From: a virus
Lineage: Duplodnaviria > Caudoviricetes
Virus record (IMG/VR): IMGVR_UViG_3300028591_000164
Span: 1 to 64,000 of that record
Length of the DNA: 64,000 nucleotides
Reading direction: 5' to 3' (one strand)
The notes under the pieces are model-generated. The model made no database searches. It was not told where the DNA came from and saw nothing but the letters and a program-made list of their open reading frames with translations. Positions 1-11,122 of this stretch are shown here, in pieces. Position 1 is the first letter of the stretch. Each line of letters opens with the position of its first letter. A program made the translations under genes and the position numbers.

Positions 1-1779
1 ATGGCGGATTTAATATTGCGTGATGGCATACCCATTGAGAAAGGAGTCGTACTTACTAAGGAATTTTTAGACGCGAACCAAGAATTATTCACTGCATATT
101 TAAATCTTTGGATATTATATCCAGACTTATATTTAGATACAATTTAGGACTCAGAGGATGCGAAGAATTTCCATTTAATGCCCTTTCAACGCATTGCCCT
201 TCGCGCGAGTATGCGTTTTAGATACCATAGCTGGACTGCTACCCGCGCGACCTCAAAATCATTTACCGCCTATTTAAGTAGCATCGTGCGTGCGGTTCTA
301 TTACCACGCTCCAATATCATGATCGCATCAGATGTTAAAGGCACGGTTGTTAAAATTGCCGAAGCCAAGTTTGAAGAAATTTTCCGTCACTGGCCTCTAT
401 TAGAGAAAGAACTTGCGACGCGCGGCGAAGATGGTAAAACCGGTATCAAATCTAGTAATAACTATTACGAACTACGATTTAAAAATGGCAGCATGATTAC
501 TGTTGTCGCAAAAGATACCTCTCGTGGTCTTCGTGCCACGGCGGCGATATTAGAGGAAGCCGCGCTAATTGATGAAGTGCCATATACCGAAGTTCTATTA
601 CCACAAATGAACATTAAGCGCCGCGAAGTTGATGGTACCATCAATCCAGAAGAACCTTCTTCTCCACAAACATTTATTACGACCGCAGCAGAACGCACCG
701 TTTTTATGTACTCTAAAGTTATAGAAATTGCGGTCAATATGGTACTGCGGCCGAATGAATACTTCTGCTGGGGCCTTTCTTATGAAGTACCACTACACTA
801 TGGTCTTGTAGATAAGGCTACAATATTAGACTAGCGCTACTCTAATACAGTAAGTGAAGAATCATTCGCACGTGAAAATCTAAGCATCTGGACAGGTAAT
901 AATAAAGAAGCCTGGTTAAATAGTTCTAGATTAAATAAAAAAAGAACTTTATTAAAATGTGAGCGTAAAGCGCAAGAGAACCCCGCTAATCCTAAAACAT
1001 TTTATTTGATAGGGGTTGATGTCGCAAGATATTCAGCAAATACTGCGGTTATGGTTGCGAAAGTATTACCAAACGCAAATGGATTTAGAAAGAATATTGT
1101 ATATACGGAAGTAATACATGGCGCAAATTATATTACAGAGTAGGCGCCGCGGCTAAAAAAATTAATTTAGCTTTACAATCCGCGCGAAATTGTTATTGAC
1201 GGTAATGGACCCGGTATTGGCTTACTTGACGCAATGGTATTACCTTCTTTTGATGCAAAAACTGGTGAGTCTTTTCCCGCATATTTTACTTTTAATAATG
1301 AATATCACCTACCCCCAGAGTTAAAACATGAAGAAGAAGCGCCACGCCCAGAGTTTAATGCAATTATATATGATATTAAAGCTGGTTCATCTAATGATGA
1401 CGCTATTCATTCTAATTTCTTTTCTCAAATTAATAATGGCTCTGTTAATTTCTTAGCACATGAGCGCATTGTTAAAGACAAGTTAATGCTTACAAAGAAA
1501 GGAAAGAAAATGGATTTATACAACAGACGCGCGTTTTTATTACCATATGAAATGACATCGCGGCTTATGGATGAATTAAATAATTTGCGGCTAAAACCGA
1601 CTGGCGTGCAGAATCAATTTAAAGTAGAACGTATTTCTAATTCAATTGAAAAAGACCGTTTCTCTGCATTAGAATACGCTTTATATAGAATTAAATATTA
1701 CGAAGATAAAGCCAATAAGAAAAATAAGAAAAGAGATTTTAGATCTTCAATTCACTTTACTCCAAGAAGAAGGGGGTGA
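1..1779 (+). CDS. terL: Terminase large subunit (592 aa, TAG=Gln)
   Basis: Frame-1 ORF from ATG at 1 to TGA, joining track ORFs 178-834 and 1234-1779 across 4 TAGs. ATPase motifs ATRATSKS and AILEEAAL; nuclease motifs YLIGVDVA, VIDGNGPG, KDRFSALEY. Confidence 0.9.
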
Positions 1780-1784
1780 TTTAA

Positions 1785-3332
1785 TTGGCAGAACAACGTG
1801 ATTTTACATCTTTTAAGAAACGGATTAAACCTATTGCCCGAGCACCCATTTCTTCGCGGGTTTATAAAAATAAATACGGATGGTAGATTGCCGACCCAGT
1901 GCGTTCTGATTTTACGCTAGAAGAAATATAGGAAATTATTCGCTCTGGGGACATAGTGGCGCTGCGGGAACTATCGCGATATTTTTATCGCACGAATAGT
2001 GAGTATAGAAATAATATAGACTTTCTCGCGCATCTACCACTATATGACACCGTAGTAATTCCTAACTTTGAAGAAGGCAAGGGCTCAAAGACGCAAATCA
2101 CAAAAGCATTTTATAATGCTTGTGATTTTATTGATAAATTAGATGTCCCGAATACTTTTGCTAATATAACCGCGGAATGGATTAAAAATGGTATCTATTA
2201 TGGTATATTGCGAATGGACGGTAGCAAGCCAGTGATTCAAGATTTACCAATAGAGTTTTGTCGTTCGCGCTTTAAGGATTTTAATAATCTTAATATGATA
2301 GAATTTAATATAATGTATTTTGAATCTATTCATGATAAAGAATTATAGAAAGAGGCGGTAGCTTCTTTCCCAGAAGTAATTCAAAAAGCATGGGCGGAGT
2401 GGATTCGCGGCGGCAAGCGTACGGACCCGTGGGTATTATTACCGGCTGGTGCGGGTGGAGTTTGTTTCTTCTTTCAACATGATTAGACCCCACTTTTAAT
2501 CGCTAGCATACCGCAATTAAAAAAACTTGATGATGCTATTGGTCGTGAAGAAAAGCGCGATGAAAATGAATTATATAAATTATTAATTCAAAAAATGCCG
2601 CTAGATAAAGATGGTGAATTAGTTTTCTAGTTAGACGAAGTTGCGGATATTCATGAATCTGTAGCTGAAATGCTTCGAGATATTGATACAGTTGATGTAT
2701 TAACTACATTCGGCGACACGGATTTAGAAAGCTTACAAGAGTCTAGCGCCGCATCTCAATCCGCAGATAGAATAGAAAAATATCGTAAGAATGTCTGGGA
2801 TGCTCTTGGCCGCGGCAATATACTATTTAATCCCGATGGTAGTTCTTCTCTTGCTTACGCAATTAAGAAGGATGAAGCATTAATGATTGCATATTTAAAT
2901 ATGTATGAGACTTGGATTAAATATCATATTAATGATAAATTTTCACGCACTGGACTTACATTCGATTTTGAAATAATTCCCACCACCGTTTTCAACCGCG
3001 ACGATTTACAGTCTGCCTACTTCCGTGGCGCGCAATATGGTTATTCTAAAATGTTTGCGGGCGTAGTAATGGGTATAAAACAAATGAGTCAATTAAGTCT
3101 AATGAATTTTGAAAACGATTTCTTAAAGATGTCAGAAAAGATGATTCCATTACAATCTTCTTATACTACTTCTGGTAATGTAGTAGCAAGTGAAGGAAAA
3201 ACTTCGCAAACTGCACAAAAAACTAGTAATAATTCATCGGGTGGTGACTTAGAAAATAAGGGAGGTCGTCCTGAGCTTCCTGATGAAGAAAAATCTGAAA
3301 AGACCTAGGCCAACATTGCGGCCGCGGGCTAA
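1785..3332 (+). CDS. Portal protein (515 aa, TAG=Gln)
   Basis: TTG start after GGGGGTGA, 6 in-frame TAG, TAA stop. Lies between terminase and protease; C-terminus GGRPELPDEEKSEKTQAN is portal-like. Confidence 0.75.
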
Positions 3333-3344
3333 GGAGAATGACTT

Positions 3345-4586
3345 ATGGATAGAGAGATACCAATTTATTTTGATACTATCATTATTGATTCTCCAACCCA
3401 AGAAGTATCTAGTGAGGATTTAAATGCTTGCCGCTTACATGTGGGCGTTTTTACAAAATATAAAAATCGTAATGGTTCATATATTACAGATGAATATGCC
3501 GATTTTTTGATTAAATCCGCGACCCGCGGCAATTGCCCAGTAGTTGGCTTCTTTGACCCAGAAGGCCAAGAATGGGCTTCTCATACAGGACCCAAACTTG
3601 CAAATGGTTATGGTTATGTAGAGAGCTTTGATGGCTGGACTCCATTTGAAGACACAGATGGCGTTACGCGTGAATATGCGACTTTTTCAGTAATTTTATT
3701 TACTGACTATTATGAAGAGGCGCGCAAAATTAAAGGCCAGCATCAGAGTATGGAATTAGATCCTGAAACAATAGATGGCGCTTGGACCGAATTTGATGGA
3801 GAACCATACTTTGTTTACACAAAAGGGAATATGCTTGGTTTTTGTGTAATTGGGGCACATGAACCTTGCTTTTCAGTATCATCTTTCTTTTCTAAAAATG
3901 ATGATACATATAAATCACAATATGAGAAGTTCTCTTCACTTTTGTTGGGGTTAAAAGAAAAGTTTGAAGAGACTCAAAATACTACAAAGGGAGGAGAACA
4001 ACCAATGGATGAGAATATGAATAAAGAAGTTGAAGAGCCAGTTGTAAATCCTGCCGAAGAGCCAACTGAATTTGAAAACGCCGAGCCGGACGAAGCTCCC
4101 GCGGCGGAAGAACCAGTTGTAGAAGAACCTGTGGCTGCGGAGGAGGAACCCGCTGAACCAACAGAATTTGAAAAACTTCAACAGGCATATGACACTCTAC
4201 AAGCTTCTTTCAATGAATTACAAACTAAATTTGATGAAGCAACAAATAACATTTCTGAATTTAATGCTACTATTGAAGAATTAAAGACAGAAAATGAGAA
4301 GCTAAAAACCGCGGTTGCGAACTATCAAGCGGTTGAAGCACAAATTGAAGTAGATAAGAAAAATACTTTAATTGAAAAATATGAAAAAGTTTTAGAAGAA
4401 GAAGAAATTAATGAAATTAAGAACAAGATTAATGACTTCTCTTACGACGAATTAGAAGGTAAATTAGCAATTATATTTGCTAATAAGCAAATGACTGGCA
4501 GTGAGGAGTCCACTAAGAAAGTGCCACTACCAGAACCTGAAAAATCTTCTTTCGCTTTACTTATTGAAAAGTATCGTAAAAAATAA
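3345..4586 (+). CDS. Putative prohead protease-scaffold fusion (413 aa)
   Basis: RBS AAGGAG; globular N-terminal half, acidic Pro/Glu linker, C-terminal coiled coil; position between portal and capsid genes. No TAG. Confidence 0.65.
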   Translation: MDREIPIYFDTIIIDSPTQEVSSEDLNACRLHVGVFTKYKNRNGSYITDEYADFLIKSATRGNCPVVGFFDPEGQEWASHTGPKLANGYGYVESFDGWTPFEDTDGVTREYATFSVILFTDYYEEARKIKGQHQSMELDPETIDGAWTEFDGEPYFVYTKGNMLGFCVIGAHEPCFSVSSFFSKNDDTYKSQYEKFSSLLLGLKEKFEETQNTTKGGEQPMDENMNKEVEEPVVNPAEEPTEFENAEPDEAPAAEEPVVEEPVAAEEEPAEPTEFEKLQQAYDTLQASFNELQTKFDEATNNISEFNATIEELKTENEKLKTAVANYQAVEAQIEVDKKNTLIEKYEKVLEEEEINEIKNKINDFSYDELEGKLAIIFANKQMTGSEESTKKVPLPEPEKSSFALLIEKYRKK

Positions 4587-4609
4587 ATTATTTTAGGAGG
4601 GAATAAGTT

Positions 4610-5176
4610 ATGGGTGATATGAAAAGATTTCCATGTGAACAATATGCCACCTTAGAGCTAAATCAAGTAGCTTTCCCTAAGACTGGTATGGTTGTTTCTC
4701 AAACTCCTCTCGGAGATGCTTTTACCGCGGACGCTCCTTGCGAAAACGGTATGTGGGTTGTAGCTGACAAGGCTGTTGGCAAAATTAATGCTCCTGCTGC
4801 TGCTACTGATAAGCCCATCGGTATTGTATATACCACAGAAAAAGAATATGATATTATGCACTATGGTCTAAAGACCTTTGGCCGCAAAGTTGCTGGCGAT
4901 TATCCTCGTGTTGGTATCCTTGGCATTGGTGACACTGTTACCACAAATTGCTTACAGTATGATACTACTGACTATGCGAATGATGCTGCTCTAGATACTG
5001 CTCTAAAGGCAATTGATACTGCTGAAATGTATGTTGGCATTTGTGCTGGTAGTGCTGTTCCACAGCTCTTCCCAAAGGCCAAGAAACCTGCCAGTGGTCC
5101 TGTTGGCAAGGTCGTAAAATATTACACTGTACCTAACGGCGAAAAAGGCGTTAAGTATCAGATTATTAGTCTATAA
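4610..5176 (+). CDS. Head structural/decoration protein (188 aa)
   Basis: RBS AGGAGG; directly upstream of the capsid gene and shares its high-expression codon bias. Confidence 0.55.
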   Translation: MGDMKRFPCEQYATLELNQVAFPKTGMVVSQTPLGDAFTADAPCENGMWVVADKAVGKINAPAAATDKPIGIVYTTEKEYDIMHYGLKTFGRKVAGDYPRVGILGIGDTVTTNCLQYDTTDYANDAALDTALKAIDTAEMYVGICAGSAVPQLFPKAKKPASGPVGKVVKYYTVPNGEKGVKYQIISL

Positions 5177-5194
5177 TAAAGGAGGTGCGGACTT

Positions 5195-6262
5195 ATGAGT
5201 AATGATCTAAAAGTTTTAATGAACGGCGTATTTGGTCGTAAAGTACCTGCCGAGTTCGCGGCCGCCGATTATGACTATGAAGCTGCTCTACATGATGAGC
5301 TAGCTAAGCTATTATGCGATGAAAATGGTCGTCTAAATCGCTATAAGTTTGAGCGCAATAAGATTGACCTATTTGAACTACTTTCTCAGAATCTAGACGA
5401 GGTTCTTCCACAGAGCCTAACTGCTGCTCTAGATATGTTCACTGAAGTTGTTCGTGTTCCACAGGGCAGCCGTCCAGAGTTCCGTGTAACTCGCGGCAAG
5501 CAACGCGGCAAGCAGTTTGTTACCCGTGCTACCGAATCTGGTAACTATGAAACCTTCCGTCTTGATAGGGATCGTTTCGACATCTACATCTTCGCACTAG
5601 GCGGAGCTGGTCAGGTCGATTTCGAGCGCTATCTAGATGGCGTTGAGTCCATTCGTGACGTTTATGACGTAATTAATGAGGGCATGGTTGACCGCATTTT
5701 TGAACTAATTCAGGAAATGCTACTCTCCACTTGGAAGAAGATGCTACCTGCTAATAAGGTTCTTGGCAACAACTTCAATCCTGCCGCGATGAAGAAACTT
5801 TGCAACACTGTTTCTGCTTATGGTTCTCCAGTTATTTACTGCTCTGCTGCTTTCGCGGCGGACATGGTAAATGCTATTACCTATAACAACACCACAAAGA
5901 TTTCTGACCAGGATGTTATTGACATTCGTGAGCGTGGCTATGTTGGCAAGTTCCAGGGCGTTCCTGTTGTAATTATGCCACAGTCCTTCACTGATGAGAC
6001 CAATGAGAATCTAGTTATGAATCCTTCCTTTGCTTATGTTATTCCTACTGGCAAGGAAAAGATGATTAAACTAATCTTTGAAGGCAATTCTTATTTCCGT
6101 GAGTGGAATGACCATGAGGGCGATAATTCTATCACTCTACAGGCTTATACCAAGGTTGGTCTAGCTCTAGTTTCTCCTCTAAACTTCTGGGGTATTTATT
6201 ACAACAGCGCTTTAGATACAAACACCAACTGGGCCACTTATAATTATAATCTAACTCACTAA
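5195..6262 (+). CDS. Major capsid protein (355 aa)
   Basis: RBS AGGAGG; size and position; strongest codon bias in the window; followed by a terminator. Confidence 0.75.
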   Translation: MSNDLKVLMNGVFGRKVPAEFAAADYDYEAALHDELAKLLCDENGRLNRYKFERNKIDLFELLSQNLDEVLPQSLTAALDMFTEVVRVPQGSRPEFRVTRGKQRGKQFVTRATESGNYETFRLDRDRFDIYIFALGGAGQVDFERYLDGVESIRDVYDVINEGMVDRIFELIQEMLLSTWKKMLPANKVLGNNFNPAAMKKLCNTVSAYGSPVIYCSAAFAADMVNAITYNNTTKISDQDVIDIRERGYVGKFQGVPVVIMPQSFTDETNENLVMNPSFAYVIPTGKEKMIKLIFEGNSYFREWNDHEGDNSITLQAYTKVGLALVSPLNFWGIYYNSALDTNTNWATYNYNLTH

Positions 6263-6276
6263 GGATTAATATATAT

Positions 6277-6304
6277 GGGGCGAGGATAACCTCGCCCCGC
6301 TTTT
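6277..6304 (+). terminator. Intrinsic terminator after capsid gene
   Basis: GGGGCGAGG-ATAA-CCTCGCCCC followed by GCTTTT. Confidence 0.75.
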
Positions 6305-6330
6305 CGGAGATAAAAGGAGGATATTATTTT

Positions 6331-6774
6331 ATGGACAGAATTACAATTAAAAACATTTGCAATGCAATGGTATCTATCAGTGTACCAGAAGCGCAATTTA
6401 GCCGCGAAATTCCATCTGGTCGCGAGATTCCGATTCCACACGATACTTATGAAGCACTAACTTTTGATCAGGGTTTTATGAATCTCGTGAATATGCATTA
6501 TATTAAAATTAATGGTGTTCCAGAGGATGAAGCAATTCTTCCACCAGATGAAGTAGTTACTACTAAAGATGAAATCGCGAAGATGCTAGATGCGCTAGAT
6601 ATTACTGCATTCGCAAAATTTATTCCTAATGCCGCTCCTGCAGAAAAGGAAACAGTTGTTGACCTTGCTGTAGAAAAAAAGATTACCCATTCTGGGTTTG
6701 TTAGTTTGATTAAGAAATATTGCGGCAGAGACGTAATTGATCTTATTCATACTAAACATCAGGAAGAAGAATAA
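6331..6774 (+). CDS. Hypothetical virion-module protein (147 aa)
   Basis: RBS AAGGAGG, TAA stop; position in head-tail region. Confidence 0.6.
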   Translation: MDRITIKNICNAMVSISVPEAQFSREIPSGREIPIPHDTYEALTFDQGFMNLVNMHYIKINGVPEDEAILPPDEVVTTKDEIAKMLDALDITAFAKFIPNAAPAEKETVVDLAVEKKITHSGFVSLIKKYCGRDVIDLIHTKHQEEE

Positions 6775-6776
6775 AA

Positions 6777-7265
6777 ATGGCGACTCCATTTTTACGTGTA
6801 TATGACGCTTTTTTAGGGCGTATTACCGCGGACGAGTGGACATTAGAAGAGGAGTTAGCCATTGTTGAGCGGGATTGGCAAGAACTTCTCCGTATGGCTA
6901 TTTTTAGATTTAAATATCCAAGAGTAGAATTAACAGTAGAAGAATTAGATAGCGAAGAGGGCGATGACAATTCTTAGCTTCATAGATACCAATTTGTTAA
7001 TGATTTAACAAATGATGAAATTCAATTACTTGCTCTTTATATGAAGCATGAATGGGTTAAAAGATGTGTAGCAAGTTGGGAGAATATCCGACAGTTGTAT
7101 GCCGATAAAGATTTTTCACAAGCAAATCATTTAGATAAATTAAATAAGTTAGAGGCGGCAATCGCGCTTGAAGTTCATAAAGCAGAAGGGATTTATGATC
7201 GTTCGCGCGAAAAACGTCCCGCGAATTTATTTAAGAAATTGGCAGGTAAAAAGAATGTCAACTGA
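6777..7265 (+). CDS. Putative head-tail adaptor (162 aa, TAG=Gln)
   Basis: Track ORFs 6777-6977 and 7041-7265 share a frame and are joined by one TAG; helical; function inferred from position. Confidence 0.5.
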
Positions 7266-7530
7266 TTTAACTTTTGACGGCTATAGAAATAAATTAAAGG
7301 GCCGTTTATATGGGTTGCTTTGTGAAAAAGAAAAAAATGGCGAATGGGAAAAATTCTTAGACTCAATTTTAATTGAATTAAAAGGATTAGGTTCCAATTC
7401 GATTAACTGGTGGCCGCTAATTGGTAAATTATCATCTTTACGGTATTTATCTTATGACTATTTTAGAAAAACCGTATTTGAATGTATGAATTTAGTTGGC
7501 GGCCTTGAGGCGCCAGATGAGTTACCTTGA
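7255..7530 (+). CDS. Hypothetical protein (91 aa)
   Basis: ATG at 7255 overlaps the previous gene end; TGA stop overlaps the next start. Confidence 0.55.
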   Translation: MSTDLTFDGYRNKLKGRLYGLLCEKEKNGEWEKFLDSILIELKGLGSNSINWWPLIGKLSSLRYLSYDYFRKTVFECMNLVGGLEAPDELP

Positions 7531-8746
7531 TGTTTATTATTCTCGTATAAATCATTTGGGTGAAACAACTGCGGAAAGAATTAGAAACGGTGGAATTCGT
7601 TCATTCTATAAATGGATGGCGGAATCGCCACATACAGTTAGACAGTTATCTGTCGAAAGAGGATTGTATTTTGATGCAATTATTCTAACTAGTAAGGATA
7701 AAGAATATTAGAAAATAATGTTTTTAAATGTAGCAAATAATATTCCTCTTGAAGTTGGAGATATAATGAATTGGCAAATAGATGATGGCTCTATTGAAAA
7801 ATGGCTGCTAATTTCAGAAGAAAAGAAAGTTAATGGCACCTATCGTACTTTCTGGATTGTTCGTTGTAATTATTTAATTAAATGGATAGATGATGATGGA
7901 CACCTACAATCTTCTTGGAGTTATTTTGTAAGCTCTTTAGATTCTAAAATTAAGGGAAATTATAGAACCTGGAACCACTTAATTACTCCGCAGCCAAATA
8001 AATACGCGGAAATTTTAATGCCGAGACGGGCTATTAGTCGCGCGACTAATTTCATTGTTGAAGAAGAGTCTTGGCAATTGATTGAATATGATCACACTAG
8101 TGTGCCGGGAACAATATATTTATCTCTAACTGAAAATAAGATTAACACCATCTATGATGATGTTGAAAATAATATAGCTGATTTGGATAAACGCGCGAAA
8201 TATACTCTGGTTCTACCGCCTACAACATAGGTATTTAAAATTGATAGCTTTATTAATCCAGTTTTTACTATTATGAAAAATGGAGTACCTGTGCAAATGG
8301 ATTATGACTTAATTAGTCTTAATAAGAAAGTTGCTCGTATGGAAGATGATTAGCTAAAAGCAATTGGCGCGGGAGAAACAGATATTTAGGTAAAACTAAA
8401 AGATTGTACTGATATTGAACCAGATGATTTGTTTATCCACATTTAGGTTGATGCCGCGGCCGAAGCTGAATTTTCTTGCTATATTGAAGGTAAGGATACA
8501 ATTCGACTTGGCCAGAAGCAAATTTATATTTTAAAAACTATTACTAAGCAAGAAGATAAAGAAGAAGAAACAATGGATGTATCGTTTAGTATAGACGATA
8601 CAACTCTTGCTAAAGTAGTTGATATAAGTAAGAATGTGTGTACAATTGAAGCGAATACTAGAAATAAATTAAATGAATTTGTATTGAGTGCAAAATATAA
8701 AAACGTTATCTATACAAAGAATATCAAAGTAGTTCCATTATGGTGA
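7517..8746 (+). CDS. Putative head-closure/neck protein with beta-rich (Ig-like) C-terminal domains (409 aa, TAG=Gln)
   Basis: One frame from ATG 7517 through 5 TAGs to TGA (ends KVVPLW); function from position only. Confidence 0.5.
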
Positions 8747-8757
8747 GGTGAGTAGAG

Positions 8758-9282
8758 ATGGATGAAGAAAAACAGACATAGCGGCGCTTCTCTGTAATGG
8801 GAGAAAATACTTTTAGAATCGCAAATAAATTGATTAATAATAAGACTATATGTCGATTATTAAAATATTAGACTAGGGACCCACTTGAAAAGAAGGACCC
8901 GATTACTGGTAAAGATTAGCCAGATGTAGATGGTATTGATTTATTACATAAACAAGTTTTAATAGTTCCTAAAGTATTTGATGATAGCACAGAAAAAATG
9001 TCATATGTTATAGCCGTATTCCATAGCTTTGTAGTTAATTAGTTAAACACAGAATTTAAAGTCTCAACAATTCGTTTTGATATTGCTTGCCCTTACGATG
9101 AATGGGTGCTTAATAATCAATCATTACGCCCATATTTAATCATGCAAGAAATTGATAACGATTTTAATGAGAAGAAAATGGCGGGTATAGGGACGTTGCA
9201 ATTCTTTCGCGCGGACCCGCTAGTATTAACCCCATGGATTGGCGGCTATTCAATGTATTATAAAATCAATGAATTTAACTGA
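8758..9282 (+). CDS. Putative tail terminator/completion protein (174 aa, TAG=Gln); missing from the ORF track
   Basis: RBS GAGGTG, ATG 8758, several TAGs, ends GGYSMYYKINEFN-TGA; position upstream of tail tube. Confidence 0.5.
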
Positions 9283-10048
9283 TGACGAGATTTTGAAGTT
9301 CCAACGCGGAACCCCAATCTTATTAGATGATATATGTGCTATTTATTCAGTTACTATAGGAGAAATTGTTGACTTGGGTTATAACACTTTTCAACAGTAT
9401 CTAAGTGTACTGACTATGACTAAACCCCCAATTAGTTCGTCTAAAGATTCAGAATTTAGACAACTATTAGAATAGCTCACTGATTTCTAGTATCTTCTTA
9501 TGATTGCTTCTTTAGATAAAGAAATGCATTCTTTATTAAAGGCGGCTTTCAAATTTTTTACCCATGAAGATATAGTAATTCTTTTAGATACTGCGCAAAT
9601 TGTAATAGGCCCGGTGGAAGAAAAACACATTCTTACTGAAGAGAAATTTTATGAACTCTAGCGAATTTTAAAACGAATGTATTTCTTGGAACAAGAGGGC
9701 GAAGAGATTATTATCTATGATGATGACCCACCCGCGACTAAGAAATTAAAGATGCAAATGCGTGAAAATCGTGAAAAAGTTCGTCGCGCGAAAGCAAAAA
9801 AGGCCGCGTAGGAAAAGAGTGATTTAAAATTTTCTGACTTAATCGGTAGTGTAACTATCAATAATTGCGGGCTAAACATGGAAAATGTTTGGCGTATTAC
9901 TTATTATGCTTTTCACGACCAGCTGAAGAGAATGGGATGGCGTGATTAGTTTAATATAAACAATCGCGCGGCTTTAGCTGGCGCAAAATTACAAAAATCG
10001 CAATTGAAGCACTGGATGCGTTCTATTGCAGATATTGAAAAATCATGA
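9269..10048 (+). CDS. Tail-module hypothetical protein, possibly assembly chaperone (259 aa, TAG=Gln)
   Basis: Continuous frame through 5 TAGs to TGA. Confidence 0.5.
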
Positions 10049-10071
10049 TTTAATTACAGGAGGTAACTACT

Positions 10072-11052
10072 ATGGCTGTAAATATTTTTGATAAATATGG
10101 CATTAAGGAAGTTGCGAATGTTTATTTTGAAGCTCTAGAAACAGATGAGAAAGCTGGCGTTTACAAGGGCGACATCGTTCTATTCCTTGATACTCTAAAG
10201 GTTTCTACCATTGAGACAACTGCTGAGAATACTGCTGCGCAGGGCGGCTGGGGCAATCCTAAGCTAGTTCAGTGGGACTATGGTAAGGAAATCAACATTA
10301 CTCTAGAAGATGCTCTAATGTCTCTTGAGTCCCTACGCTTCATGCTAGGTGGTGCTATTAAGAGAACCATTAGCGAGACCGAACCAATTATTGTTCGTCA
10401 TACTGAGGAAGTTGTACTTGGTACTGGTGGCAAAATGCCAAAGGTAACCGACCACTTAACCGGTATTGAAATGCATCCAAAGGCTACCTATGGTCATCCA
10501 ATTCGTCTAATTAATCTAACTGAAGGCACTCGTACTCAGCTAGAGCCCGCTTCTGCTGAAGCTGCTGCAATTGAAATTGGCAAGGACTCTGTTATTACTT
10601 TCAAGAATCCTAAGATGATTGATGGCGTGGGCAACTCCAAAGCTGGTGTTGCTGGCGATCACGTTCGTATTTTCTGGGAAGAGATTCTCGATGGTGAGAA
10701 TGATTCTGAGACCGCGGTTGAAGTAACCATTTCTCCTGATACTTTCCCTGGCACTTATAAGGTTGTTGGCGACACCTTCATGCGTTCTGAAAAGACCGGT
10801 AAGGACGAGCCATTCCAGTTCATTATTAATAAGGCCAAGGTTCAGAGCAATGTTACTATTACTCTACAGGCTGAAGGCGATCCTTCTACCTTTGAAATGA
10901 CTCTAAACGTTTTACGTTCTACTAACGAGCGCGGCGAGAATGAAATGATGAAGCTAGTTCGTTACAATGTTACTGGTGCAGAATCTGCTGATGCTGGTAA
11001 TGACATTGGTTCTGCCACTGCTCCTGAGAGTGGTTCTGGCGGAGGCAACTAA
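10072..11052 (+). CDS. Major tail tube protein (326 aa)
   Basis: RBS AGGAGG, capsid-like codon bias, followed by a terminator; AQGGWGNPKLVQWDYGKEINITLEDAL is tube-like; no TAG. Confidence 0.75.
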   Translation: MAVNIFDKYGIKEVANVYFEALETDEKAGVYKGDIVLFLDTLKVSTIETTAENTAAQGGWGNPKLVQWDYGKEINITLEDALMSLESLRFMLGGAIKRTISETEPIIVRHTEEVVLGTGGKMPKVTDHLTGIEMHPKATYGHPIRLINLTEGTRTQLEPASAEAAAIEIGKDSVITFKNPKMIDGVGNSKAGVAGDHVRIFWEEILDGENDSETAVEVTISPDTFPGTYKVVGDTFMRSEKTGKDEPFQFIINKAKVQSNVTITLQAEGDPSTFEMTLNVLRSTNERGENEMMKLVRYNVTGAESADAGNDIGSATAPESGSGGGN

Positions 11053-11068
11053 TAATTTATGATATAAT

Positions 11069-11106
11069 TAACTAGGGACAGTAAAGCTGTCCCTAGTTAT
11101 TTTTTT
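11069..11106 (+). terminator. Intrinsic terminator after tail tube gene
   Basis: TAACTAGGGACAG-TAAAG-CTGTCCCTAGTTA followed by a T run. Confidence 0.8.
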
Positions 11107-11122
11107 ATAGGCGGTGAGCCAT

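Noticed and set aside
4055-4180. EPTEFE duplication in the scaffold linker
   Set aside because: Short low-complexity coding repeat with no evidence of a separate function.
3951-4642. Minus-strand track ORFs (3951-4181, 3982-4188, 4442-4642) and similar antisense ORFs (e.g. 6595-6789, 25562-25891, 28403-28678, 35542-35964)
   Set aside because: Shadows of well-supported plus-strand genes; no RBS and implausible composition.
11060-11068. TGATATAAT after the tail tube gene
   Set aside because: No -35 and it lies directly before a terminator hairpin; insufficient support.
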